Assembly (NCBI GenBank): GCA_002315325.1
Contig: DCGU01000090.1
Coordinates: forward strand, 12,995-76,994
From: Clostridiales bacterium UBA1770
Lineage (GTDB): Bacteria > Bacillota > Clostridia > Oscillospirales > CAG-272
Direction of reading: 5' to 3'
Length of the DNA stretch: 64,000 nucleotides
The notes under the pieces were generated by a model. It saw only the letters and a list, made by a program, of their open reading frames with translations, did not search any database and was not told the DNA's origin. Shown here in pieces: positions 29,640 through 39,508 of the stretch (position 1 is the stretch's first letter; the number at the start of each line of letters is the position of its first letter). The translations under genes and the position numbers were made by a program.

Positions 29640-30338
29640 TCAATTTGAAATCATGGCAAGCACAATATCCTGCATTGCCGCATATTGTGCTGCTTTACCC
29701 GTATTGCCGTAAACGTAAGGGCGTAACAAACAAATATACCAATCAGACGGTATAACGGCTGACGCTTCGTTTTGAAGATAGAATGAAGTTTCACCCACCC
29801 GAACACCGGTCACAACCGATCCGTCTGCCAGCGTCAGCGTACTGAGTCTGTCATAGGCAACCATTTCGGCAAATAAGTCCGGGCTCAAAATACACACGGC
29901 CGTATCTCCCGTTGTCACGTACGTTCTGTATTCACTCGCTGTTTGCGACAGTGCAGCCGTTGACACGCTTTCGCCATCGGCAATCTTCTGCTTTATCTCA
30001 TCTTCCGAATATACCGAATAAAACCGAACGTCAACTTCTTTCTTGCCGTCATGATTCAAATCGTCAGACAAATACCGACTTGAAATGACGTCAGCAACCG
30101 TTTGCTGATCCTGCGCTGCTATCCAATCGTTTCCCGCAACGAGAATCATCATATCCGGTTCCGTTTTTTGACAGGACTGGAAAAATAAAACACCGAACGT
30201 GAACAACAAAAATATGCCGATGATGACTTTCCACTTATTGTAATACCAAAAATTATCCAATGCGGTCAAAAAGGGGCTTTTAATTTCAATGGAATCGTCT
30301 GCTCCCTTTTTTTCCGTTTGTTCGTTTGGGGCAACCAT
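29640..30338 (-). CDS. Hypothetical single-pass membrane protein
   Basis: One TM helix (WKVIIGIFLLFTFGVLFF) followed by an extracytoplasmic domain of about 170 aa. No recognisable motifs. Confidence 0.5.
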   Translation of the reverse strand: MVAPNEQTEKKGADDSIEIKSPFLTALDNFWYYNKWKVIIGIFLLFTFGVLFFQSCQKTEPDMMILVAGNDWIAAQDQQTVADVISSRYLSDDLNHDGKKEVDVRFYSVYSEDEIKQKIADGESVSTAALSQTASEYRTYVTTGDTAVCILSPDLFAEMVAYDRLSTLTLADGSVVTGVRVGETSFYLQNEASAVIPSDWYICLLRPYVYGNTGKAAQYAAMQDIVLAMISN

Positions 30339-30344
30339 GGCAAA

Positions 30345-30827
30345 TCAAGAACGGGAGACTTCGCGCACTTCCAATTGATACTGTCCGCCGGGAGCCATAA
30401 CCGTTACAACGTCACCGGCATGAGAACCGAGCAGTGCTTTCCCGATCGGAGACATATCGGAAATTCTGTTTTCCATCGGATCAGCCTGGTTGGAACCGAC
30501 AATGCTGTATTCGACTTCCTCTTCCTCTTCCAAGTCATACACCTTAACTTTGGAACCGATATTCACCTCGGATGCATCCAACGTGCTTTCATCCACGACC
30601 TTGGCATGTTCAATCAAAAAAGTCAGTTCTTCAATTCTGGCCTCGTTGATTGCCTGGTTGTTGCGCGCCTCATCGTATTCAGAGTTTTCGGACAGGTCGC
30701 CGAATCCTTTGGCAGTGGCAATATCGTCAAGAATTTTGTTTCGATCCAATTTTCTCTCATCCAACTCTTTGACGAGCTTATCAAAGCCCTCTTGGGTATA
30801 CAGTTTTACGTTTTCCTTGTTTTCCAT
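30345..30827 (-). CDS. greA: Transcription elongation factor GreA
   Basis: 160 aa with an acidic finger (GDLSENSEYDEAR) and a C-terminal globular domain (ISDMSPIGKALLG). Confidence 0.95.
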   Translation of the reverse strand: MENKENVKLYTQEGFDKLVKELDERKLDRNKILDDIATAKGFGDLSENSEYDEARNNQAINEARIEELTFLIEHAKVVDESTLDASEVNIGSKVKVYDLEEEEEVEYSIVGSNQADPMENRISDMSPIGKALLGSHAGDVVTVMAPGGQYQLEVREVSRS

Positions 30828-30854
30828 TTCAGTACTCCTTAATATGTGTAATAA

Positions 30855-32306
30855 TTATTTTTTTAAATATGAAATTGCAGCCTGTACTTGGTTGTCAATT
30901 GCCTCGGGACGCAAAAAAACGTTATATTGTTTCGCTTCGGCACTCAGTTCCACGTAATACTCATCCATCGGGGCAATTCCGATTCCGTGATAGGAAATAC
31001 CGGAGGCAGGCAGGTAACCATACGAGGTCAATTTCACGTAACCGTTAAACCCATATTCCGCCAAGGAATAATACGTTTGGACGATTCCCTTCCCGTACGT
31101 TGTCGTACCGATTACCGCACCCAATTGATAGTCGCGAAATACAGACGTCAATATTTCCGCCGCACTGCCTGTCCCGTTATCTACAAGAACGGCAAAATGA
31201 TACGAGGCATACATACCTACCTCATCTTTTTCAACGGAACAAGGGGCGTAGGAACCGGTGTATTTTTTTGCTTCCGCCACGTAGGGTGTCATATCTTTGC
31301 CGTCGCGGTTCACTTTTGTAACAATAACGTTTCCTGCTGACAAAAAATACGTTGCGATTGCTTTTACTGACAGCAAATCTCCGCCGGGGTTACCGCGCAA
31401 ATCAAGCACAAACGACGTTATCCCCTTATTCGTCAATGCGTTCATTGCCTTTTTAAATTGTTCCGGCGTGTTCAAATTGAACTCGGTCAAGCGCACAATT
31501 CCGACGGAAGTGTCCGCGTCACTGATTTTCCAATACACGGACTTTGTTTCCACTTTTTCTCTGACGACGGACAGCTCGCGAACGTCAGCGGCAGTTTCGC
31601 CGCCCTGCGCCAATACTGTCATCTGCACGGACGTACCGATTTCACCTTGTCGAATCAAATTGACAACGGTATAGTATGCCACCGTAAATCCGGCCGTATC
31701 CGTCGTCGGCAGCGTAACCCATTCGTCCGCCTCGGCGTCAAAAGCACTGACGATATATTCACCGGTTAATAACCCTGCAGCTGCTGCGGGCGTATTTTCG
31801 TTCACGGCAACAATCTGCAGCGCGCCGCGCTTCTGCCCGTCAATCACAACGTTACATGCAGCCACGGTAATACCGATTCCCTCACTGTTACCGGCATTTG
31901 ATGAAACGAATGCGGCAAACTCATCTGCGGTCATATATTCGGCGTACGGGTCGTTTGACGCATCGATATATGCCTTCAGCGCAGCCGTCACCATTTTTTC
32001 TTTATCAAAATAGCCGTCCGCTCCGAGATAGTAGGCATTCTTATCTACAGCCTGCTCCAAAGCATTGATGCCGCGCAAAGCATCGTCGCTTGAATTGCCC
32101 ACCATCGTACGGACCGTAATCAAATACGTGACAATACTGACAATCAGCACCAGACCGACGTAAATAATGGTACGCAAAACCGGTTCGTACAATTGTTTCC
32201 GCGTTTTTCGCTCCAGCATTTTTCTCGGAATAGCGGAATCAATATTGGGCATTTCTTGTATATTTTCTGTGATTTTTTCCTGCGTTTCTTGATTTTTTTC
32301 TTCCAT
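30855..32306 (-). CDS. S41 family C-terminal processing peptidase (membrane-anchored)
   Basis: N-terminal TM, PDZ-like region, LDLRGNPGG, GTGSAAEIL (Ser), TYGKG (Lys). Confidence 0.85.
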   Translation of the reverse strand: MEEKNQETQEKITENIQEMPNIDSAIPRKMLERKTRKQLYEPVLRTIIYVGLVLIVSIVTYLITVRTMVGNSSDDALRGINALEQAVDKNAYYLGADGYFDKEKMVTAALKAYIDASNDPYAEYMTADEFAAFVSSNAGNSEGIGITVAACNVVIDGQKRGALQIVAVNENTPAAAAGLLTGEYIVSAFDAEADEWVTLPTTDTAGFTVAYYTVVNLIRQGEIGTSVQMTVLAQGGETAADVRELSVVREKVETKSVYWKISDADTSVGIVRLTEFNLNTPEQFKKAMNALTNKGITSFVLDLRGNPGGDLLSVKAIATYFLSAGNVIVTKVNRDGKDMTPYVAEAKKYTGSYAPCSVEKDEVGMYASYHFAVLVDNGTGSAAEILTSVFRDYQLGAVIGTTTYGKGIVQTYYSLAEYGFNGYVKLTSYGYLPASGISYHGIGIAPMDEYYVELSAEAKQYNVFLRPEAIDNQVQAAISYLKK

Positions 32307-32327
32307 GATGCTCCTTTAACACGACAA

Positions 32328-32370
32328 GCGAAATGCCTTCTGCACGATTTGCAGTGGGGCATTTCGCTTA
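32328..32370 (-). terminator. Stable hairpin between the cdaR-like gene and the S41 peptidase gene (weak U-tract, possible attenuator)
   Basis: AAGCGAAATGCC...GGCATTTCGCTT 12-bp stem with an inner CTGCA/TGCAG stem. Confidence 0.4.
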
Positions 32371-32390
32371 TCGAATCAAATTATTTCGTT

Positions 32391-33473
32391 TTAGTATTTA
32401 ATCCCTTTGGAACGCAAATACTTATCTACGAGCAACGCCACTTTGAACGTGATGGCATCCTCGAATTCGCGAAGGTCAAGTCCCGTCAACTTTCTGATTT
32501 TGTCCAAACGGTATACCAACGTGTTTCTGTGAACGAAGAGTTTTCTTGCCGTTTCGGAAACGTTCAGGTTGTTATCGAAGAAACAATTAATTGTCATTAA
32601 GGTCTCGCGATCCAGCGAGTCGAACCCGCCCTTCTTGAACACCTCTGACAGGAACATTTCACACAAGGTCGTCGGCAGTTGATAAATCAACCGGCCGATA
32701 CCCATCGTGTCGTAGCTGATAATATTTTTCTCGCTGTCGAATACTTTGCCGACCTCAAGGGCAAGTTGAGCTTCCTTGTAAGCCCTGGCAAGATCCTTTA
32801 TATTATCGGCAATTGTGGAAATACCGATGTTCACCTTGATATAGAACTCTGTACTGAGCGTATCGGCAATATTCGTGGCAATTTTTTCAACTGCCTTATT
32901 ATCCTCGTTTTTGAGTTCCTTTACCAATACGATATCGTACTCACCGACCGAAATCACGTAATCTTTTGTCTTGTCGGGGAACATATTTTGCAGCATTTCA
33001 AAGGGCATCATATCCGTCTTGCCGGGGAATTTAATCAAAAAGACAACACGGCGCTCCTCAGCATTGAAATGCAGTTCCTTACTCTTCAAATAAATATCAC
33101 TGGGTAAAATATTATCCATAATGATATTTTTAATAAAGGAACTCTTATCATATTTTTCGTCGTAGAGATTTTTGATGGTTGACAGTGAAACGGAAAGGAA
33201 CTTTGAAAGCCGCTCCGCAGTTTTGTCATCCCCCTCAACAAACGCGAGGTATTCCGATTTGTTGCCCGCGCTCATATTGCGGTAAGTGAAACCGTTCACA
33301 ACGGCGACGTCACCGGAATAGGACATGGGCTCCCAAACGTTTTGTCGAATTTCGCCGACCTGAATCAAATCGGAGCAAGCAATAACCACGCCATTCTCAT
33401 CGATAACGCCGACCATACGGTCAACTGCGTCTTTCATTTGTTGAATTACGCCCTGAAACAATCTGCTTGACAT
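32391..33473 (-). CDS. PucR/CdaR-family transcriptional regulator (start moved to MSSRLFQG...)
   Basis: CdaR-like N-terminal domain and a C-terminal PucR HTH (ETARKLFVHRNTLVYRLDKI). GAGGA SD before the ATG at 33473. Confidence 0.8.
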   Translation of the reverse strand: MSSRLFQGVIQQMKDAVDRMVGVIDENGVVIACSDLIQVGEIRQNVWEPMSYSGDVAVVNGFTYRNMSAGNKSEYLAFVEGDDKTAERLSKFLSVSLSTIKNLYDEKYDKSSFIKNIIMDNILPSDIYLKSKELHFNAEERRVVFLIKFPGKTDMMPFEMLQNMFPDKTKDYVISVGEYDIVLVKELKNEDNKAVEKIATNIADTLSTEFYIKVNIGISTIADNIKDLARAYKEAQLALEVGKVFDSEKNIISYDTMGIGRLIYQLPTTLCEMFLSEVFKKGGFDSLDRETLMTINCFFDNNLNVSETARKLFVHRNTLVYRLDKIRKLTGLDLREFEDAITFKVALLVDKYLRSKGIKY

Positions 33474-33545
33474 GTTTCGTCCTCTTCCGCTTTCGTTAAT
33501 TTCGCATAGGTGAAAATTCACATATTACTTGTCATATTGTACATT

Positions 33546-33574
33546 ATTTTACACTATTTTTTGTTAAAATTCAA
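33546..33574 (-). promoter_or_regulatory. Promoter for the cdaR-like gene
   Basis: Minus strand: TTGAAT (33569-33574), 17 nt, TAAAAT (33546-33551). An inverted repeat GTGAA-TT-TTCAC lies in the leader. Confidence 0.5.
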
Positions 33575-33648
33575 TAGTTCTTTGCAATATCATGCAAATT
33601 TCACGCAAAAAAACTTTTCTTTTTCGTCAATATGACAACGAAGGCGGG

Positions 33649-34398
33649 TTAGGTTGTTTCAAAAAATGCCGAAAGTGCGCCCAATACGAAAATGCCTGCC
33701 GTTTCCGTCCTTAAAATACGCGGGCCCAAACCTACCGGCTGCCAACCGGCTTCGACGGCGGCTGCAGCCTCCTGCAATGAGAAACCGCCCTCCGGTCCTA
33801 CGGCAACAGCTATCTTCAACTGCTCATCCGTTTTACCGCAGTTCTTCAAAACGCTGCCGATACCGACTGTTCCTTTTCCTTCATAGCAAAATAACGCCAA
33901 ATCGTATTCTGCTGCTCTCGGAAGAATTTTGGAAAACGGTGCAGACGGATGAAGCGCCGGGATTACGTTTCTTCCAGATTGCACGGCCGCCTCATACGCT
34001 ATTTTTTTGCGGCGTTCTTCTTTTCTCCCCTCGGCATCTGCTTTGATCTGCATCACGCAATTCGCACTGGTAAACAGCGTGATATCCGTCACGCCGCCCT
34101 CCACCGCCTTCTGTATGATGCTTTCCGTTTTATCACCCTTCGGTAATCCCTGAAACAAATGAACGTCGTAGGGTGGTTCAGCGGAAGGAAGCGGCTCGTC
34201 CGGCACGGAAAGAAACACGGTTTTATCCTCATTAAACCCCGTTATGGTACAGGCGTATGCACACCCATCGCTCCCGCACACCGTCAAAGAATCGCCGACA
34301 GCCATTCTCAGTGAGCGGGAAACGTGATGCGCATCTTCCCCTGTCAGCTCCGCCGTTTTTCTGCCGGTCAGCGCATACGCGGTAAAAAATCTGGACAT
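33649..34398 (-). CDS. rsmE: 16S rRNA (uracil1498-N3)-methyltransferase
   Basis: MSRFFT....HHVSRSLRM.GD PUA-like N-terminus and a C-terminal SPOUT knot (GPEGGFS..E, LGPRILRTETA). Confidence 0.9.
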   Translation of the reverse strand: MSRFFTAYALTGRKTAELTGEDAHHVSRSLRMAVGDSLTVCGSDGCAYACTITGFNEDKTVFLSVPDEPLPSAEPPYDVHLFQGLPKGDKTESIIQKAVEGGVTDITLFTSANCVMQIKADAEGRKEERRKKIAYEAAVQSGRNVIPALHPSAPFSKILPRAAEYDLALFCYEGKGTVGIGSVLKNCGKTDEQLKIAVAVGPEGGFSLQEAAAAVEAGWQPVGLGPRILRTETAGIFVLGALSAFFETT

Positions 34399-34417
34399 AT
34401 TCTCCCTTTCTTAAAGA

Positions 34418-34448
34418 ATATCGACTCCCCGCAACGGGGAGTCGATAT
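34418..34448 (-). terminator. Terminator after prs
   Basis: ATCGACTCCCC-GCAA-CGGGGAGTCGAT. Confidence 0.65.
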
Positions 34449-34476
34449 TCGGCACATTCATCAGTTTTTGTGAAAA

Positions 34477-35616
34477 TTAAATTTTCATGGACATTTGTCC
34501 GCCGAGTTCTGCCTGATGTTTTTCAAGCAGTTTGTTGATACGATCCTGCGGATCCAACAGTTTGGACAAAGATTCATCGTGATTGAGCGTATCAATGATG
34601 TAGGAAACGTACTTGCACATATTGACTTCCACGTACCATTTGCGTTCGTACAAGTCGGGACGGCGATACACCGTGTTGGTGGTGAAAATACGGTCAAAGA
34701 TACCATCGGCATAGGCCTTATCAAATTTATCCAAGCCGTCTGTAAACAAACCGAAAGTTGCAAACGTAAAGATTCGTTTTGCACCCTTCTCTTTCAGCTG
34801 CATGGCAACGTCCAAAAGAGACTCGCCGGAGGAAATCATATCATCAATAATAATAACGTCCTTACCGTGAAGGTCGCGGCCGAGATACTCATGTGCAACG
34901 ATGGGATTTCTGCCGTTGACAACTTTGGAATAATCGCGGCGTTTATAGAACATACCGATATCAATACCGAGCACGGACGAATAATACATACAACGGGTCA
35001 TAGCGCCTTCATCGGGAGAGATGATCATCAGGCTGTCTTTATCAATGCGAACGTCCGGGACAGCGCGCACCATAGCTTTAATCATCTGATAAGCAGGGCG
35101 AACATCATCAAATCCGCAAAGCGGAATAGCGTTTTGCACACGCCCGTCATGCGCATCGAACGTGATCAAATTGGTCACGCCCATTGCCTGCAGTTCCTGC
35201 AGCATCAGCGCACAGTCCAACGATTCGCGGCCGGAACGCTTATGCTGACGGCCCTCGTAAAGCATGGGCATAATTACGGTGATTCTGCGCGCCTTACCGG
35301 AAACGGAAGCAATCACGCGCTTCAAATCGGCATAATGGTCATCGGGGCTCATTGGCACTTCACGGCCATACATTTTGTAGGTCTCACCGTAGTTAAAGAC
35401 GTCACAAATAATGTAAACGTCATGACCGCGCATGGAAGTATGAACAAGACCCTTGCCTTCGCCGGTGCCGAATCTGGGGCAATCAGCTTTAACGAGAAAA
35501 GTTTCCATTCCGTCTTCGGGACGCCATTCTTTTAAATAAGCATCTACCTTTTGGGCAAACGCTTCACATCCTCTCATCGGAATGACAGAAAGAGTACCGA
35601 ACTCAGCATTATGCAT
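34477..35616 (-). CDS. prs: Ribose-phosphate diphosphokinase family protein (long form, 379 aa)
   Basis: PRPP synthetase motifs (..MPMLYEGRQHKR.., VIIIDDMISSGESL PRPP-binding loop). Confidence 0.85.
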   Translation of the reverse strand: MHNAEFGTLSVIPMRGCEAFAQKVDAYLKEWRPEDGMETFLVKADCPRFGTGEGKGLVHTSMRGHDVYIICDVFNYGETYKMYGREVPMSPDDHYADLKRVIASVSGKARRITVIMPMLYEGRQHKRSGRESLDCALMLQELQAMGVTNLITFDAHDGRVQNAIPLCGFDDVRPAYQMIKAMVRAVPDVRIDKDSLMIISPDEGAMTRCMYYSSVLGIDIGMFYKRRDYSKVVNGRNPIVAHEYLGRDLHGKDVIIIDDMISSGESLLDVAMQLKEKGAKRIFTFATFGLFTDGLDKFDKAYADGIFDRIFTTNTVYRRPDLYERKWYVEVNMCKYVSYIIDTLNHDESLSKLLDPQDRINKLLEKHQAELGGQMSMKI

Positions 35617-35653
35617 GACACATACACCTCTTAGACGTTATTTTATTTCCTTT

Positions 35654-37990
35654 TTATTGTATCACAGCACCGTCTTTATTGTCAAGGGAAATAGGCGTGC
35701 CGTTCCACCAAAAAGTATCCAAAAAAACCGTGCAATCAGCCGGCAAACTTTGTATGAAAGCATCACTGATTTGTGTGACGGTCCCACTGTTGGGGATAAT
35801 CAGCGTTTGACACAGCGGCGCACTGCCGTCAAGCATTTGTTTGGGAGACGGTCCGTGGGCGCCCAAAAGCAAACAGGTACAGTCGGCCGTCAATTCACGG
35901 CAATCGGTAATACCTTCTGCAGCGGATGACCCGAGATACACGAATTTGCCATTGCTTCCGATTACGGAAACGGCTGTGACAGGATGTGAAGACCGACTGA
36001 CCGCGCCGTTGTACACCGTGAGTCCCCCGCCCTCCCAAAGTATCATTTCTTCGCCGTTGTGAAAGATATAAACGGGAACACCTTCAGCCTGTGCCTTTTC
36101 GCAAAGGCCCGCAAGAACGAAATACTCGGCTTCGGTTGTCGGTTCCGGCAAAATCAAGCGGCGAATCACTACACGGGACGCAAGTCTTTCAAAACTGCCG
36201 ATTTCCGCCGTATGATAATGTGTCAGGAGCAGGGCGGACAATTCGGTATTACCCGTTTCTTCCAATGCACGCCATCCTTCCCGCAAATCGGAATACGCCC
36301 CGTTCCCGATATGAATCAAAATACTATCGTCCGCATGCGAAAGTAAGAGTGTATCGGCAGAATTTCGGCTCAAATACGAAACAGCGACATGGCCGTTCGC
36401 TTCATCCCGCCAAACCGATAAGCAAACGCCGTATAAACACACGGTACAAACAACCGGGATAACGATCATCCACTTCTTTTCCCAGCGGAATACCGTCCAA
36501 AGCAAGAAGAGGATAAGCAGAAAAATCATTACGATCGGAACAAAAGAATACTTCAACGAATAAACAATACCGTTCATCGCGGAAACCCTGTTCACAAGTC
36601 CCGTTAATAACCGCCCGGAAAATTCCGGAATAATCCCAACGGCCTGTGCGGCAAGCGGTCCGGCGACAATTGAGGTACACAACGTTACAAGCCCGCCAAT
36701 CATCAAAACGTAAGTGAGCGGCACAGCAGCCAGCGTTGTAATCGGTGCCGCAACGGAAACGGCACCGAAATACAAAAAAGAAAGCGGAAGCACGCACACG
36801 ATGGCAAACAGCGAAATCGTAATGCCACTGATTATTTTCTCGCCGATAGAGCCGATTATTCCCTTAGCTTTGGGCATTTTTTGTAAAAACGCCACACCGA
36901 GCAGTACACCGAACGTAGCGGCAAAAGACATCCACAGTGATACGTCAACGGCACAGGCTGGGAAAAAGGTCATCATGCCCGCAACAGTCAACGTTAAAAA
37001 CGTGGGGGTATCGCTTTCCGCAAACAACCAGCGCGAGCAAAACAAGATGAATATCATCATCACACTCCGCAGTGCGGAGAGTGAAAATCCGGTCAAACAT
37101 AAAAACAGGAACAGGAGGAGTGAACTCACCGCCATACGGATTCCCCGTCCGATTCGACATTTTTTCAAAAAGAAGTCCATACCGCCTGCCAGCACCGAAA
37201 CGTGGAACCCGGACAGTGCAAGAACGTGCGACAGGCCGCATCTGGCAAAGTCCCGTTCAATGCTGTCCGACAGTAAATCCTTCCGCCCTAATAGCACGGC
37301 CGATATTAACCCGCCCTGCTTTTTTCCGCACGCCTCCAACAGTCTTTGCGCCGCCGCGTTATTCACGGCAAGCCAACGATCGGAAAACGTTGTATGTCCG
37401 ACAGACGTTACCGTTACCATCGAGCTATCGTCGATTTGAATGCTGCCGACAATACCGTCGGCAGCATAAGTCAAACGCTCGGTCAAACTCGTTTCGGACG
37501 AAAGCAGTGCGGGAATGCCTTCCGCCTCGATCACGTCGCCGACGTGCAGTAAGGACGCGGAATCAACCGTCAGCATCACCTTCAGCTTTTCATTATTCCC
37601 GTTCAACGTTTCTGTTTGAACGTAATAGCACGAACCGTAATCGGACGCGTACGAAACCGCATACACCCGTCCGCTCATCTCCAGAGACGACTCTGCTGCA
37701 TAAAAATGAAAAGCATCTGCATAAAACGACCGATACGCTGCCATTGCCAATAACGGCAAAGTCAGCAAAAGAGCCGCAGCCGACGTTCGCCGTCCGATGA
37801 CAGTGCCGCATACGCCATCCTTTTGTTTCCGCTTTCGAAGAACGGACAAAAAAAGCAAAAGTATCATCAATGCAACGCCGAGCCCGATTGCCGAAAATAA
37901 CACGATAAAAGGAAGGAAAAATCCGGCGGTAATCAGGATAATCCACAGAAAACAAAAAAGACACAACGGCCGATTTTTAAAAAAAGACAC
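35654..37990 (-). CDS. comEC: DNA internalization-related competence protein ComEC/Rec2 (GTG start)
   Basis: Polytopic competence domain (GLSHVLALSGFHV) plus a C-terminal metallo-beta-lactamase domain (LLLTHYHTAE). Confidence 0.88.
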   Translation of the reverse strand: MSFFKNRPLCLFCFLWIILITAGFFLPFIVLFSAIGLGVALMILLLFLSVLRKRKQKDGVCGTVIGRRTSAAALLLTLPLLAMAAYRSFYADAFHFYAAESSLEMSGRVYAVSYASDYGSCYYVQTETLNGNNEKLKVMLTVDSASLLHVGDVIEAEGIPALLSSETSLTERLTYAADGIVGSIQIDDSSMVTVTSVGHTTFSDRWLAVNNAAAQRLLEACGKKQGGLISAVLLGRKDLLSDSIERDFARCGLSHVLALSGFHVSVLAGGMDFFLKKCRIGRGIRMAVSSLLLFLFLCLTGFSLSALRSVMMIFILFCSRWLFAESDTPTFLTLTVAGMMTFFPACAVDVSLWMSFAATFGVLLGVAFLQKMPKAKGIIGSIGEKIISGITISLFAIVCVLPLSFLYFGAVSVAAPITTLAAVPLTYVLMIGGLVTLCTSIVAGPLAAQAVGIIPEFSGRLLTGLVNRVSAMNGIVYSLKYSFVPIVMIFLLILFLLWTVFRWEKKWMIVIPVVCTVCLYGVCLSVWRDEANGHVAVSYLSRNSADTLLLSHADDSILIHIGNGAYSDLREGWRALEETGNTELSALLLTHYHTAEIGSFERLASRVVIRRLILPEPTTEAEYFVLAGLCEKAQAEGVPVYIFHNGEEMILWEGGGLTVYNGAVSRSSHPVTAVSVIGSNGKFVYLGSSAAEGITDCRELTADCTCLLLGAHGPSPKQMLDGSAPLCQTLIIPNSGTVTQISDAFIQSLPADCTVFLDTFWWNGTPISLDNKDGAVIQ

Positions 37991-38033
37991 GCCGTTTCCC
38001 TCCCTTCCGTATGAAAAAATACGCTGCTGTATA

Positions 38034-38062
38034 TTGACAAACGATTATGCGTACGATATAAT
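38034..38062 (+). promoter_or_regulatory. Promoter for the ACP gene
   Basis: TTGACA (38034-38039), 17 nt, TATAAT (38057-38062). Confidence 0.65.
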
Positions 38063-38104
38063 TTGGATGAAGTTTTTAAAGAGTATTCGGAGGATTATTT
38101 CACA

Positions 38105-38329
38105 ATGTTTGAAAAACTGAAAGAATTGTTAGCGGAGGAGCTTCAAATCAACGCCAACGAGATTACGCCGGAAGCCGAATTGGCCAATGATCTCGGCATC
38201 AATTCCATTGAGCTTGCCGATCTCGTTATGCTCTGCGAGGATAAATTCGGTGTAGAGATTGATGACGAGGATATCCATAAATTTATCACGGTCGGCGACG
38301 TTGTTGCCTACTTGGAATCTCACAGCTGA
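38105..38329 (+). CDS. Acyl carrier protein, stand-alone (74 aa)
   Basis: ACP fold sequence with the attachment Ser in LGINSIELADLV. GGAGGA SD before the ATG at 38105. Confidence 0.85.
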   Translation: MFEKLKELLAEELQINANEITPEAELANDLGINSIELADLVMLCEDKFGVEIDDEDIHKFITVGDVVAYLESHS

Positions 38330-38350
38330 ACGAAGTTTTTCAGTCAATAT

Positions 38351-38392
38351 AAAAGGCGTTGTAAAACGAATGCGTTTTTACAGCGCCTTTTT
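38351..38392. terminator. Bidirectional terminator (ACP / ispE)
   Basis: AAAAGGCGTTGTAAAACG-AATG-CGTTTTTACAGCGCCTTTT. Confidence 0.7.
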
Positions 38393-38394
38393 GT

Positions 38395-39303
38395 TTATGA
38401 TTCGCGGTAATACAGTGCATAGGATGCGTCAACCGGCTCTGTCAAAACGGCAGACCTACCCCACGCAAGCACGTTTGCCTTGGCGCGTTCCGCTTTATCC
38501 CAACGGCGGGACGCGTAAACACCGTAAACGGCAGGACCGGAACCGCTCATACCTGCGGCATCGCAATCGTACGCTAAAATGCGCTGCTGCATCAAAGAAA
38601 CCTCGGGAACCGTTTCCGAAACAACAGGCAAGAAACAATTTTCCAAACAGGATACGATACCGGCATAATCTCCGCCGTTCATTGCCAGGCACATCTGTTC
38701 AAAGCGACCGTTCGACGTTTTCGAAAAATCGGAGCCGTACACCTCGTCCAGTTGCTTATAGGCCTGTGCCGTGGATACCGATGCTGCAGGAAATGCCAGC
38801 AAAATGCAGCAAGACGGCATTGAACGCAAAGGTGTGACGTCGTCGCCGGTTGCACCGACGGCACAGGCACCGCCGAACAGACCGAACGGCACGTCGGAGC
38901 CGAGCCCGCGCGCCAATTTCACCAGTTCTTCGGTTGACAAAAGGCCGCCGCTCAGCAGTTGACAACCACGCAAAACTGCAGCCGCATCCGCGCTGCCGCC
39001 GCCGAGCCCCGTTCCATACGGAATCCGTTTATTAAGCGTAACGTGAAAACCGCCGGAAATGCCGGTTGCTTCCGCATATGCCTTTGCCGCACAAAAAGCA
39101 ATATTTCTTTCGTCATTCGGCAAATCGGCCCCGAGTACTTTCAGCGAAACACCCGACCGTGCAGATTTTTCAACCGTCACGTCATCATACGTGCCGACCG
39201 TCTGCATGACAGACTGCAGCGTGTGATACCCGTCTTCTCTTTTTCCGGTAACTTGCAAATATAAATTGATTTTAGCGCAGGCGCGCAAAGTAACACCGTT
39301 CAT
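38395..39303 (-). CDS. ispE: 4-diphosphocytidyl-2-C-methyl-D-erythritol kinase
   Basis: AKINLYL.V.GKREDGYH, GHMP kinase motif IPYGTGLGGGSADAAA. Confidence 0.93.
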   Translation of the reverse strand: MNGVTLRACAKINLYLQVTGKREDGYHTLQSVMQTVGTYDDVTVEKSARSGVSLKVLGADLPNDERNIAFCAAKAYAEATGISGGFHVTLNKRIPYGTGLGGGSADAAAVLRGCQLLSGGLLSTEELVKLARGLGSDVPFGLFGGACAVGATGDDVTPLRSMPSCCILLAFPAASVSTAQAYKQLDEVYGSDFSKTSNGRFEQMCLAMNGGDYAGIVSCLENCFLPVVSETVPEVSLMQQRILAYDCDAAGMSGSGPAVYGVYASRRWDKAERAKANVLAWGRSAVLTEPVDASYALYYRES

Positions 39304-39508
39304 ATTAATCCCCCATGCCGCCTTTGGCGGTGCAATAAAATATAACTTAACTCAGGATAAACGCGTCGTACCCGGCATAAGCCCGGACGAAAAGCGTTAT
39401 ATGGTGCGTGAGAGCGCGTGTTCAATTACAGTGAACGATATGCCGTGCCAACGCTCCTGCGGCAAACGGCCGCCCAGAGACGGCATACCGCACCTTTTTT
39501 CAACGTGT

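Noticed and set aside
39304-39316. Mini-uORF ATG-GGG-GAT-TAA inside the hairpin/SD module upstream of ispE (and the in-frame ATGGGGGTTACT before the TSCPD start).
   Set aside because: The ATG is not preserved in the ruvA copy (ACG) and has no SD of its own. In the ecfA1 copy the corresponding ATG (in GGTATGGAGG) likewise has no SD of its own and opens no consistent uORF. The G-run is better explained as the SD for the annotated start.
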